Of a DNA stretch of 64,000 nt, positions 10,566 to 20,516 are shown in pieces. Position 1 is the first letter of the stretch, and the number at the start of each line of letters is the position of its first letter. The position numbers and the translations under genes are program-made. The stretch comes from an uncultured cyanobacterium (GTDB lineage Bacteria; Cyanobacteriota; Cyanobacteriia; Pseudanabaenales; Pseudanabaenaceae), in the NCBI GenBank assembly GCA_963703315.1, contig OY969811.1, forward strand, positions 1,792,001 through 1,856,000. Reading direction: 5' to 3'. The notes below the pieces were generated by a model. The model ran no database searches and was not told the origin of the DNA. It saw nothing but the letters and a program-made list of their open reading frames with translations.

Positions 10566-11744
10566 TTGAATAATCCGCTTTTTCTGATAGTTTTTCCCTT
10601 AGCATTTTTGCTGCTACAAGTCCCCTCGACACTTGTATTACTAAAACGCCTTAGCACGGCTCGCGATCGCACACCGCCGCTACTACCACTCGCTCCAGAA
10701 GCAGAAGTATTAGCTAAACAAAATCCGAACGTTTCCATCGTAATTCCGACTCTGAACGAGATTGATCGCTTGCCAACCTGTTTAGAAGGACTACGCGATC
10801 AGGCTGCTAAAGAAATTATTGTCGTGGATAGCCGATCGCAGGATGGCACACCCGAATATGTGCAGAAATTGCAACAGGATTTTCCAATTCCCTTAAAGCT
10901 AGTCACCGATGATCCTCTGCCCACAGGATGGGTGGGTCGCCCTTGGGCATTGCACACAGGATTTTTAAACAGTGATCCGACCAGCGAATGGATTCTCGGT
11001 ATTGATGCTGATACATTTCCCCAAAAAGGATTAGTAGCAAGTTTTGTCCAAAAAGCTACAGCCGACAACTTTGATATTGTGTCGCTGTCACCAAAATTTA
11101 TCCTCAAAACTGCTGGTGAACAATGGCTGCAACCTGCGCTATTAATTACCTTGATTTTTCGGTTTGGCGCAACAGGCGATCGCACTCAATTTACAGAAGA
11201 TCGGGTGATGGCAAATGGTCAATGTTTCCTATCAAAACGCGCCAAACTAGTGGAACTAAATGGCTATGAGCTTGCCAAGTCTTCATTTTGTGATGATGTC
11301 ACCCTTGCCAGAGCCGCCGCGCAAAAGGGTGCAAAAGTTGGATTTCTCGATGGTGCAGCTTTGATGCAAGTGCGGATGTATACCTCCATGCAGGAAACAT
11401 GGCGCGAATGGGGGCGATCGCTTGATCTTAAGGATGCATCCACACCGAGCCAAACCTTTGCGGATTGCCTATTACTGACTGCTACTCAAGGTTTACCGAT
11501 ACCCTTACTAACTACCCTCGCAATTTGGCAACCAGCACCATCGCTATTCATAAATACTCTTTTCTGGCTAAATGCCTTTTTAGTATTCATTCGCTGTCTA
11601 CTTGTATTGGGTATTCGCACTAGTTATACCGAAGTTGGCTTTTGGTTTTGGCTATCCCCCCTCGCCGATCCCTTTGCCGTAATTCGCATTTGGATTTCAG
11701 CACTGACCAAGCCCAAAAGCTGGCGTGGTCGGAGTTATGTGTAG
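10566..11744 (+). CDS. cruG: GT2 glycosyltransferase, CruG-like (myxoxanthophyll synthesis)
   Basis: DDPLPTGWVGRPWAL, DAD, MANGQCF, FCDDVTLAR, EWGRSLDLKDA. Confidence 0.8.
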   Translation: MNNPLFLIVFPLAFLLLQVPSTLVLLKRLSTARDRTPPLLPLAPEAEVLAKQNPNVSIVIPTLNEIDRLPTCLEGLRDQAAKEIIVVDSRSQDGTPEYVQKLQQDFPIPLKLVTDDPLPTGWVGRPWALHTGFLNSDPTSEWILGIDADTFPQKGLVASFVQKATADNFDIVSLSPKFILKTAGEQWLQPALLITLIFRFGATGDRTQFTEDRVMANGQCFLSKRAKLVELNGYELAKSSFCDDVTLARAAAQKGAKVGFLDGAALMQVRMYTSMQETWREWGRSLDLKDASTPSQTFADCLLLTATQGLPIPLLTTLAIWQPAPSLFINTLFWLNAFLVFIRCLLVLGIRTSYTEVGFWFWLSPLADPFAVIRIWISALTKPKSWRGRSYV

Positions 11745-11781
11745 CTACTTACTTATGGTGAAATGATCGGCGAGTTAAGTT

Positions 11782-11806
11782 AATGTATATACAATATAGA
11801 TACATT
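11782..11806. promoter_or_regulatory. Putative MazE/MazEF operator palindrome
   Basis: aatgtatata-caata-tagatacatt (one mismatch), directly upstream of mazE. Confidence 0.55.
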
Positions 11807-11819
11807 GATGGTGATTTTT

Positions 11820-12062
11820 ATGACTGCGGCGATCGCGAAGTGGGGTAATAGTTTAGCTATACGCATTCCTCAAGCTATAGCCGAACAGGTGCAAATTCAA
11901 GCAGGAAGCGAAATCAGTATTGATATTATTGATGGCAAGATTGTTTTGACACCGCATCGACGTAAAAAATATACTCTAGATGAATTACTAGATGGCATGA
12001 CCTCTGAGCATCTCCATGCAGAAATTTCTACAGGTGTTTCTGTTGGTAATGAAGCATGGTAA
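11820..12062 (+). CDS. mazE: AbrB/MazE antitoxin
   Basis: KWGNSLAIRIP and YTLDELL motifs; C-terminal GNEAW; ATG at 11820 chosen as start. Confidence 0.9.
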   Translation: MTAAIAKWGNSLAIRIPQAIAEQVQIQAGSEISIDIIDGKIVLTPHRRKKYTLDELLDGMTSEHLHAEISTGVSVGNEAW

Positions 12063-12391
12063 AGCCATACATTCCCGATCGTGGTGATATTGTTTGGCTA
12101 GATTTCGATCCACAGGCTGGGCATGAACAATCTGGGCATCGTCCTGCTTTTGTGATTTCGCCGATCGCCTATAACCAAAGGTCAAGCTTGGCTCTGATTT
12201 GTCCGATTACTTCTAAATTTAAGGGATGGAAGTTTGAGGTTCTGCTCACGAATACCAAGACTAAGGGAGTGATTCTGGCTGATCAGATTAAGAGTTTGGA
12301 TTGGCAAGCGAGAAAGATAGATTTTATTGAGAAGGCTTCTGTAAATATTATTGATGAAGTTATCGGCAAAATTGAGGCGTTATTAACCTAG
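12056..12391 (+). CDS. mazF: MazF/PemK endoribonuclease toxin
   Basis: PDRGDIVWLDFDPQAGHEQSGHRPA, CPITS, DQIKSLDW. Confidence 0.95.
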   Translation: MVKPYIPDRGDIVWLDFDPQAGHEQSGHRPAFVISPIAYNQRSSLALICPITSKFKGWKFEVLLTNTKTKGVILADQIKSLDWQARKIDFIEKASVNIIDEVIGKIEALLT

Positions 12392-12404
12392 TACTTAAAA
12401 AAAT

Positions 12405-14270
12405 ATGCAAGAGAAAATTAGATATACTGAAATACTTTTTCCTTCAGAAGCACCATTCTCAAATTATGTCGTTAATGAATCTAAACCACTATCACCATTA
12501 TCTCCAGTAAATATTTTCATAGGTTCAAATAATTGTGGAAAGAGTAGATTACTTCGTTCTTTATTTTCTCTAAATTATTTTAAGTACAAAACGAATCACT
12601 ACAATGCACTAAGCTATCATGATTTTTTGATGAAAATCAATCCAGAATTTCAATTTGCTTTTACTAATACATCCCAACCATTAACGGAAGTAGGAAGCAT
12701 TTCTATTAAATATATAGAGAATAAATTACGAGATCAAGACCCCAACTTTATTGATAGTAAGAATCCAATATATAAAGTTGCTGAAGATATTTTACAAACA
12801 CTTATTAATATTGACAAGACTACACATAAACAATTTGAAGTGTACACCTATCAAATTTGTAATATTGGTGAAAAATACAAGCATGAATTTGACGCACTTA
12901 ATGTTAATACAAAGTTAGGAGATGAGAAACGTTACTATATTCCTGTACTCAGAGGAATGCGTCCTCTAGATGTTGAAGATCAACATAAAAACTTCTATGG
13001 AGATAGAACAAAATGGGACTATTTTAAAAATAGTGATTCACTTACTGAAAAGATGCAAATATTTACAGGACTTGAGCTATATCAAAGCCTTAAAGAAAAA
13101 CTACTTGGTGAACCAGAAGAGAGACAACTAGTTAAAGAATTTGAAGATTTTTTGTCAGTTAGTTTCTTTGAGAGTAAATCAGTTACATTAATACCGAAGG
13201 AGAAAAGCCCCAAGGTAGTCCACATCAAAATTGGTAATGAGCCTCAATATCCTATTTACGAATTAGGTGATGGCTTACAAAATCTAATTATCTGTACATT
13301 TAATATTTTTACAGAAAAAGAAAGGTGTCTTTTCTTTATAGAAGAACCTGATATGTTTATGCATCCATCATTGCAAAGATCATTTTTAGAAGTGTTGTCA
13401 AAATATGATCAGCATCAATATTTCATCACTTCACACTCTAATCATTTTTTAGATATGACAATTGACTTTGCCAATACCTCAATATTCCATTTCTCTAAAC
13501 ACGAAGATACTCAACCACAGTTTCATATTCGCCCATCCTCACCACGCGATAGACAAATACTACTTGACTTAGGAGTAAGAAACTCATCTGTCTTTATTAC
13601 CAATGCAACAATTTGGGTTGAAGGGAAAACAGATCGCCTATATCTCAAAGCTTACATGAAGAAATACATTGATGAGTTAGAGCATAGCAATCCTGAAAAA
13701 TATAGTGAGTTAATTAAACTAAAAGAAGACTATCATTACTCATTTGTAGAATATCAAGGCGCAAATTTAACCCATTGGAGTTTCGATCCAGATGAAAAAG
13801 AAACAAAAGAGATTAAAGCTAGTTATGTTTGCGCCCATGCTTTTCTTATCGCTGACGGTGATGTAGCCACAAAAGGCGATCGCAAGGCAGTTTATACAGA
13901 TATGCTAGGCGATAGATTTTATCTTCTTGAAGTAAAGGAAATTGAGAACCTTCTACCAGTTGAAATACTAAGAGAAATAGTTGCCAATAAGTTTGAGAAT
14001 CATCAAGGAGATATAAACTCCATCAATTACAAAAATTACTCAAAACCTAAGATTGCTTTAGGAAAGTATCTTGATAGTCTTTTACCACAGCCACTAGAGA
14101 AGCCAGTTTTTGCTGAAAAATCTGGAACAATCAAAGCAAAAGGTACATTCTGTGATGATGCAGTCAAACTTATACAAGATCCTAAATGGTCATTAAAAAA
14201 CTATCCCAAAATTAAAAGTCTCTGTCAGAAAATTTTTGACCATATAATCACCCAAAACAAGAATTCTTAA
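12405..14270 (+). CDS. OLD-family ABC-ATPase + TOPRIM nuclease
   Basis: Walker A GSNNCGKS; Walker B/D-loop FIEEPDMFMHP; H-loop TSHS; TOPRIM motifs WVEGKTD, IADGD, EIENLL. Confidence 0.8.
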   Translation: MQEKIRYTEILFPSEAPFSNYVVNESKPLSPLSPVNIFIGSNNCGKSRLLRSLFSLNYFKYKTNHYNALSYHDFLMKINPEFQFAFTNTSQPLTEVGSISIKYIENKLRDQDPNFIDSKNPIYKVAEDILQTLINIDKTTHKQFEVYTYQICNIGEKYKHEFDALNVNTKLGDEKRYYIPVLRGMRPLDVEDQHKNFYGDRTKWDYFKNSDSLTEKMQIFTGLELYQSLKEKLLGEPEERQLVKEFEDFLSVSFFESKSVTLIPKEKSPKVVHIKIGNEPQYPIYELGDGLQNLIICTFNIFTEKERCLFFIEEPDMFMHPSLQRSFLEVLSKYDQHQYFITSHSNHFLDMTIDFANTSIFHFSKHEDTQPQFHIRPSSPRDRQILLDLGVRNSSVFITNATIWVEGKTDRLYLKAYMKKYIDELEHSNPEKYSELIKLKEDYHYSFVEYQGANLTHWSFDPDEKETKEIKASYVCAHAFLIADGDVATKGDRKAVYTDMLGDRFYLLEVKEIENLLPVEILREIVANKFENHQGDINSINYKNYSKPKIALGKYLDSLLPQPLEKPVFAEKSGTIKAKGTFCDDAVKLIQDPKWSLKNYPKIKSLCQKIFDHIITQNKNS

Positions 14271-14295
14271 AATTAAATGAGTGAGGATAAAAAAC

Positions 14296-14511
14296 ATGAA
14301 AGCGATCGCTATTCAAGTAGATGAAGACATTGCTAGAGAATACAATAAAACAACTCCAGAGCAACGTAAAAGAATTGAATCCCTCTTCACTCTATTGGTT
14401 CAACAGGAGCTAAAAAAAATATCTCTCATGCAAATCATGGATGATATATCAGACGAAGCCGCACGAAATGGGCTAACTCCTGAAATATTAGAATCAATCC
14501 TTGCTGATTAA
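14296..14511 (+). CDS. Small antitoxin-like protein
   Basis: IQVDEDIA and MDDISDEAARNGLTPEILESIL resemble cyanobacterial partners of PIN toxins. Confidence 0.55.
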   Translation: MKAIAIQVDEDIAREYNKTTPEQRKRIESLFTLLVQQELKKISLMQIMDDISDEAARNGLTPEILESILAD

Positions 14512-14721
14512 GACTAACTGCAATTATTTCTGTATCAGATTATTTGAGCTTGTAGTGATTAAGCGATCGCACCTTCGGCATCATTAGTGATCGCTTAAAT
14601 TTGTCATCACAAATTAGTAAGGCGATCTCAATGATTTCGAGTCAAAAGTCTAAAATACTTTCGTTAAGGTGACTAACGAACTAGCGCTATTTTTCCACCT
14701 TAACAATTTAAAGCTTTGAAT

Positions 14722-15534
14722 CTAGAAAAACATTACTCGACTATCAAAACCTTGACGACGGATGGTACTGCTAAGAGTCTCGGCACTACCCCGATCAGGG
14801 TAGCCCTGCACCTCAATATAAGTGCCCCGATGGGAAGAACGTAATTGAGCATTTGGCGCGATCGCTTGCACTCGTTGCAACTCAGCTACTAAGTTCGTGG
14901 GAATAATCACAAAATATCTTAACTGTGAGCCATTCGGATTATTAGACGCAGGGATTGCAGCAATACTTTGAGTCACGATTGGTTGACTCTGTGTAGGAAT
15001 TGGTTGAGGCGATCGCACAATTTCGATCGCATTACTATTAGGAAATTCGGAACTAGGGACACCAGGTAACTGATCATTTACCCGTGAATTGGGAATCGGA
15101 ATCGAATCCAAGGGAATTGGTGCAGACGAAATCGGAAGATTGTTGGAAATAGGTGGGACAGAACTTACAGGAACAGAAGCAACATTGGTAATCTTGCCCT
15201 GTACCGTTTTAATTTGGGGCGCAAGTCCTGCTTGGGTAAACTGAGTAGCTCGGCGTTGCGCCAAATTTAGGTTATTGTAGCGTCCTAACTGCACCACCTG
15301 CTCACCCGTATCCAAACGACTAACAAAAGCATCAGGAGCTAATATCTTTGCCTGTTTAAGATTTGCCACATTGGGCAGATATAACAGATATTGGGCAGAT
15401 GTTGATGGTGCAACTGGTAAAGAATCATTAGGGAAAGACTGTGCCTGAGCAGGGTCACTAAAGCTGATATTGCTAATACTCAACAGAGATACTAGTCCGA
15501 GGGCAAAAAGAGGTGTGTGTGTGTGGAGTCTCAT
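14722..15534 (-). CDS. Secreted protein with two SPOR-like segments and a Pro-rich linker
   Basis: Signal peptide; VQLGRYNNLNLAQRRA and IEVQGYPDRGSAE segments. Confidence 0.55.
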   Translation of the reverse strand: MRLHTHTPLFALGLVSLLSISNISFSDPAQAQSFPNDSLPVAPSTSAQYLLYLPNVANLKQAKILAPDAFVSRLDTGEQVVQLGRYNNLNLAQRRATQFTQAGLAPQIKTVQGKITNVASVPVSSVPPISNNLPISSAPIPLDSIPIPNSRVNDQLPGVPSSEFPNSNAIEIVRSPQPIPTQSQPIVTQSIAAIPASNNPNGSQLRYFVIIPTNLVAELQRVQAIAPNAQLRSSHRGTYIEVQGYPDRGSAETLSSTIRRQGFDSRVMFF

Positions 15535-15635
15535 GTGCTTGCCAAGTGTAGAGAAAAAACGAAATTGGGCGCGATTGTACCATACTCTACAAGACTCGCA
15601 TAATCTCTTTTGGTTGAATATTTTAGTTATATAGA

Positions 15636-15733
15636 TAAGTAGCTAGTCATAAGTAAACTTAAACCCTAGAAGCTTGTGCCGCCCGCTACGCGGGCGGCAC
15701 AAGCTCTGGTTTTGGGTTTTAGCCGAGCTACTT
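15636..15733. repeat. Palindromic element, class B (taagtagct...agctactt)
   Basis: Central palindrome agcttgtgccgcccgc-tac-gcgggcggcacaagct; related reverse-complement copy at ~32197-32276. Confidence 0.8.
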
Positions 15734-15905
15734 CGTGCGCCCCGCACCACTACTTCTTGACTGGGAAGGGAGGAATATTTATGGAGAGTCAGCGAATTAT
15801 ACGCTTGCGAGATTATGATTAGGTTTGAAAAAATTAAAATGCTGAAGACACGCTTTGCCTGTCTTAGTTCGACATCCGATGTTTCTATACTAAATAACCG
15901 AAATC

Positions 15906-17294
15906 ATGGCAGTAGATCTGACCCGCGTTCAACCACCTCTCAAAGTTTATCCGCCTAAAGCCAATCAATTTATATTGAAAATCATACGGCTGTTAACGCC
16001 TTTTTGGTTGCGCTGGCAATGTGGCATCACCCAGATTGAAACCCGTTATATCGATCGCCTTGTCGAAGCCACCAAAAAGTTTCAGGATGGTAAATCGCGG
16101 TATATGCTGGCTTTCCGTCATCCTACTACCGATGATCCCTTTGCTATGTTGTATTTGCTAGCCTACGCCGTACCAGAACAGGCGCGAGATATGGGCATTA
16201 AGCTCACAACTAAGCCCCATAGCGGCTTTGTGTACGATCGCGGTATTTCTCTATGGGCTGGGGATTATATTAATTGGCTATTTCCTGCATTGGGCGGGAT
16301 TTCCATATTTCGCGGTAAGCTCGATCGCCCTGCCCTTACCCTGATGCGTAAGCAAATTACCAATGGTGATTCACCCCTGTCGATGGCTCCTGAGGGTGGA
16401 ACCAATGGCAAGAGCGAAACCGTTGCCGAGCTAGAACCGGGGATTGCTCAGATTGGTTTTTGGGCGGCTGAGGATCTGCAAAAAGAAGGGCGCAGCGAAG
16501 AAATGCTGATTATTCCTGTGGGGATTCAGTACGAATACGCAACTACGGCTTGGGGCAAAATCGATCAGACGATCACTACGATTGAAAAAGAATGTGGTGT
16601 TAGTAAGCCTGCGATTACATCTGAGACGCGCTATCAAAGACTTTACGATTTGGGTAGCTACTTAGTGCAGTGGGTTAGCGACTATTACAAAGCGTTTTAT
16701 GCTGGCTATGTCAAGGTTAACAATGACAATACTAATCCTGATAATTTGGCAGCGAATTTGCAGGAGCTAGCCGATCGCATTTTGAGCGTTTCAGAAATGA
16801 ATTTTGGGATTAAAGCTAAGGGTTCACCGATTGATCGTTGTCGCCGCCTTGAGCAAGCAGGATGGGATCGAATTTTTCGCAATGACCTCAACAAGCCCAT
16901 TGAAGATCTATCGGAAATAGAGCGTGGTTTTGCTGATCAGATCGCCCTAGAGGCAAGCTATAGCAATTGGCATATGCGAATCGCAGAAAGTATTATCGGT
17001 GTCACTAGTGACTATGTGCGTCAACATCCTAGCCCTAGTCGTTATATTGAAGTACTGAAATTAATGTGGAGCGTATTACAGCGCGTCACTGAGCGTAATT
17101 CTGATTCGGTTTTTAAAGAAACTCCTAATTTTGGCGATCGCAAATTAACAATTTCCGTTGCTGAACCTCTGTCCGTTTCAGAGCGTCTAGCTGACTACCA
17201 ATCTAGTCGAGCATCCGCTAAAGAATCCACCCGTAAGCTCACCGAAGAAATTCATGAAGCGATGAAAAATTTAGTCATTCCCTCAGTTCTATAA
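15906..17294 (+). CDS. Phospholipid/glycerol acyltransferase (PlsC-like)
   Basis: HPTTDD (HxxxxD) and APEGG motifs. Confidence 0.8.
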   Translation: MAVDLTRVQPPLKVYPPKANQFILKIIRLLTPFWLRWQCGITQIETRYIDRLVEATKKFQDGKSRYMLAFRHPTTDDPFAMLYLLAYAVPEQARDMGIKLTTKPHSGFVYDRGISLWAGDYINWLFPALGGISIFRGKLDRPALTLMRKQITNGDSPLSMAPEGGTNGKSETVAELEPGIAQIGFWAAEDLQKEGRSEEMLIIPVGIQYEYATTAWGKIDQTITTIEKECGVSKPAITSETRYQRLYDLGSYLVQWVSDYYKAFYAGYVKVNNDNTNPDNLAANLQELADRILSVSEMNFGIKAKGSPIDRCRRLEQAGWDRIFRNDLNKPIEDLSEIERGFADQIALEASYSNWHMRIAESIIGVTSDYVRQHPSPSRYIEVLKLMWSVLQRVTERNSDSVFKETPNFGDRKLTISVAEPLSVSERLADYQSSRASAKESTRKLTEEIHEAMKNLVIPSVL

Positions 17295-17319
17295 AAAAGC
17301 GCCGCTTCGCGGCGCTTTT

Positions 17320-18345
17320 TTATACATATAAACTTTGGCAATCTTCGAGATTAAGGCGCGATCGCGTGGCAATACTCATCGATGAAGTTTCGCCCCTTGC
17401 AAGGTGAATCGCTCCTGCACAGCCAATCATCGCCGCGTTATCTGTACATAGACTCAAGGGTGGAAAGATGGCGCGAAGATGATTTTCCTTAGCCATTGTC
17501 ACCAAGCGCGATCGCAAAGCACTATTAGCTGCCACCCCACCAACCGCCACAATGGTCGATAAATTATGCTCAACGGCGCATTTAATTGTGCGGTTAGCCA
17601 GAGCCGCCGCCACAGTTTCTTGAAAACTGGCGGCAATATCGGCGATCGGTAATGCTTCGCCATTGGGACTTAGCTTTTGGGTTAAGCGCAACACTGCCGT
17701 TTTTAAGCCGCTAAAACTAGAATCATAGGGAAAATCGGGAATTCTGCCCTGTGGTAACTTGTAAGCTTTGGGATTGCCAGAGCCAGCAATTTTATCAATT
17801 GCGGGTCCTCCCGGATAGCCTAAACCAAGTAATCGCGCCACTTTATCAAAAGCCTCACCCGCCGCATCATCGCGAGTTTTACCCATCACCTGATAGTCGG
17901 TGTAGTCCTTCACCAAAATAATGCTGCTATGTCCACCTGAGACTAATAAACATAAAAATGGTGGCTCCAAAGTCGGATCAGCCAGCAAAGCTGAACAAAT
18001 ATGTCCCTCAAGGTGATGCACGGCAATTAAGGGCTTTTGATGCAGCATTGCCAAGGTTTTTGCTGCTGTCACCCCGATCATTAATGAGCCAATTAACCCC
18101 GGAGCCGTCGTCACCGCAATCCCGTCAATATCTGCCCATGTTTTACCAGATTCGCGATAGGCTTGGGCGATCGCAGGATTAATCGTCTCTACGTGTTGAC
18201 GCGCGGCAATCTCTGGCACAACCCCACCATAGAGCGCATGGGTTTGAATTTGCGACGAAACCACGCTACTAAGAATTTGGCGATCGCATACCACCGCCGC
18301 CGCAGTTTCATCACAGCTAGATTCGATCGCAAGAATAGTTGGCAT
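17320..18345 (-). CDS. tsaD: tRNA threonylcarbamoyltransferase TsaD
   Basis: [44 protein letters not shown]. Confidence 0.97.
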   Translation of the reverse strand: MPTILAIESSCDETAAAVVCDRQILSSVVSSQIQTHALYGGVVPEIAARQHVETINPAIAQAYRESGKTWADIDGIAVTTAPGLIGSLMIGVTAAKTLAMLHQKPLIAVHHLEGHICSALLADPTLEPPFLCLLVSGGHSSIILVKDYTDYQVMGKTRDDAAGEAFDKVARLLGLGYPGGPAIDKIAGSGNPKAYKLPQGRIPDFPYDSSFSGLKTAVLRLTQKLSPNGEALPIADIAASFQETVAAALANRTIKCAVEHNLSTIVAVGGVAANSALRSRLVTMAKENHLRAIFPPLSLCTDNAAMIGCAGAIHLARGETSSMSIATRSRLNLEDCQSLYV

Positions 18346-18537
18346 TTCTAAACAAAATTAAGATGATCTAACTGCCGCTAAGCGGCAGTTAGATCATCTT
18401 AATTGATAACTTACTTTACAGGATGTGAAGATTGCTTTACCAAGGCGCGATCGCTGATATACGATCTGAGGCTAAGTTCTCAAACGAAAATATCGTTATT
18501 TTTGCCTATCTTAACAAAGGTAAATTAAGGTCAGTCC

Positions 18538-19113
18538 ATGAAAAGACTTTTTGCTCTCATTCTAGTTATTAGCTTGTGGTTTGGCGTAAGCCTTGCTGCA
18601 ACCCCTGCTGCTTATGCAGAATTCTCATTTAACGCTTTGACTCCCTGTGCTACTTCCTCTGCTTTCCAAGATCGCTTGGCATCAGAAGTTGATGGCTACA
18701 ACGCACGTCTAGCTAACTTCAAAGCTGGTAGCGGCTCGGCGGCATACCTCAACGGTAAAATCGCTCAAACCAAAGCTCGCTTTGCTAAGTATGCTGACTC
18801 TGGCTTGCTCTGCGGTGACGATGGTCTACCTCACTTGATCACCGATGGTCGTTTGGATCGCTTGGGCGAATTCGCGATTCCTTCCTTGATGTTCCTATAC
18901 ATCGCTGGTTGGATCGGCTGGGTAGGTCGTAGCTACTTGATCGCTATCCGCAAGGATGTGGCAACTGCTGCTCAAAAGGAAATCCTCATCGATCTTCCTC
19001 TTGCTGTTAAGTTTTCATTGACTGGCTTTGCATGGCCTCTTCTTGCACTTAAAGAGTTTGGCTCTGGTGAACTCGTAGTTCCTGAAAACGAAGTTACCGT
19101 TTCGCCTCGCTAG
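18538..19113 (+). CDS. psaF: Photosystem I subunit III
   Basis: [32 protein letters not shown]-terminal VSPR. Confidence 0.97.
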   Translation: MKRLFALILVISLWFGVSLAATPAAYAEFSFNALTPCATSSAFQDRLASEVDGYNARLANFKAGSGSAAYLNGKIAQTKARFAKYADSGLLCGDDGLPHLITDGRLDRLGEFAIPSLMFLYIAGWIGWVGRSYLIAIRKDVATAAQKEILIDLPLAVKFSLTGFAWPLLALKEFGSGELVVPENEVTVSPR

Positions 19114-19211
19114 TTTCTAGCGATCGCTTACCCACTTCTCCAGAGTTTTTTTTAACAACGTTTAGAAAACTCTGGAGAGATATTCCAAAACTATCTAAAA
19201 GGAGAACTCCA

Positions 19212-19328
19212 TTGAACGGTTTTTTATCATCTGCTCCTGTAGTAGCTGCTGTATGGCTGACCATTACTGCTGGTATCTTAATTGAAGCTAATCGCTTTTT
19301 CCCAGATACCCTCACCTTCCCTTTCTAA
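19212..19328 (+). CDS. psaJ: Photosystem I subunit IX (not in ORF track)
   Basis: TTG start after [47 protein letters not shown]; follows psaF. Confidence 0.95.
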   Translation: MNGFLSSAPVVAAVWLTITAGILIEANRFFPDTLTFPF

Positions 19329-19597
19329 ATCTTTGATTTAAATCAACAAAATAGGAGTTGCGCTACTAAGTAGTGCAACTCCTATTTTGTTTTTGATCAT
19401 CTTTCAACTATAAGGATCTCAGTTGCCCTCTTTAACTAACTTCACCTATTTACCTAGATGTAGTGATATTTTTCAGCACGGTAAGCTTAATGATTAACTC
19501 TTATATGATCGCGTACCCTATCTAGCAATTTCCGAGGTAGTGACTCAGTTTGCACGGTGAAATTATAAAGAAACTAATCCAAATAATATATGACATT

Positions 19598-19726
19598 ATC
19601 ATCTTATACAAGATATTATACAGAAAAAATTTGTATAATATCTTGTATAAGATGATTAAATGAAAACTTGACATTCAGCCTATATTCTTTATAATTATAT
19701 TTATACGGAAAAATTCTGTATAAATA
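19598..19726 (+). promoter_or_regulatory. Sigma70-type promoter flanked by two related palindromes
   Basis: TTGACA 19668-19673, 16-bp spacer, TATAAT 19690-19695. Perfect 25-bp-arm inverted repeat at 19598-19656; 13-bp-arm inverted repeat at 19698-19726. Confidence 0.7.
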
Positions 19727-19773
19727 CATTGTAGTTTGCTTCACACTTAGTCCTTTGTAAATAGAGATACGGC

Positions 19774-20409
19774 ATGATTAAAGTACTTCCAATTTTTACT
19801 TTTTTAGCCATGGTTGCTTTCGGCAATAGTGCAGCTTTAGGCTTTACCCTAGTTAATTCAGAACTAAAACTTCGCACTCAAGCACAATTAAACCCAACAA
19901 CTCAACTATTTGTGACTTCATTCCCTGCATCTGCAGTTGTTAGCGAATCAACTGTAGAGTTCCCAAATGTTGATAGCTTGTTTGACCCTAGTACTGGTGT
20001 TCCTCCAGGATTTGCTAACTCTCTTGTAAACGTTTCGATTGATGCTGGCGTAGATTACCTTGCAATCGATTTTGATAACGCGGGATTTGGTAGATTTGCG
20101 ACTGCATTTCAGAATACTTATGTATTTTCGTTCACTGTGCCTACCGCTCTGCAAATTACAGATGTTTTGATCGACCCAAGCACTAATCTTGGTCTAACAC
20201 CTAATCGAGTGACATTTGAAGGCAATGAACTGTTTGTGAACGTTCAGGGTTTGTTCTTTAACCCCAACTCATTTGCTCGTGTTAACTTAAATGGCACTAT
20301 AACTCCTAAACCAGTTCCTACACCTAGTTTTGTGCTTGGATTGAGCATTGCGGCATTGGGTGGAGCTATGCTCAAACGGCACACCAAGCGTAAGGCATTG
20401 GTCAGCTAA
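19774..20409 (+). CDS. PEP-CTERM/PTPA-CTERM-like sorted surface protein
   Basis: Signal peptide; C-terminal PVPTPS followed by a hydrophobic helix and a basic KRHTKRK tail. Confidence 0.75.
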   Translation: MIKVLPIFTFLAMVAFGNSAALGFTLVNSELKLRTQAQLNPTTQLFVTSFPASAVVSESTVEFPNVDSLFDPSTGVPPGFANSLVNVSIDAGVDYLAIDFDNAGFGRFATAFQNTYVFSFTVPTALQITDVLIDPSTNLGLTPNRVTFEGNELFVNVQGLFFNPNSFARVNLNGTITPKPVPTPSFVLGLSIAALGGAMLKRHTKRKALVS

Positions 20410-20516
20410 TGAGCGATGAGGGCTGAAAAGCCCATTTCATGCCGCCAAAATTAGGAATATGTACAATGCCACTCATTACAAACCATAGATGTTTTCCGTA
20501 TGTAGAATGAAAATAT

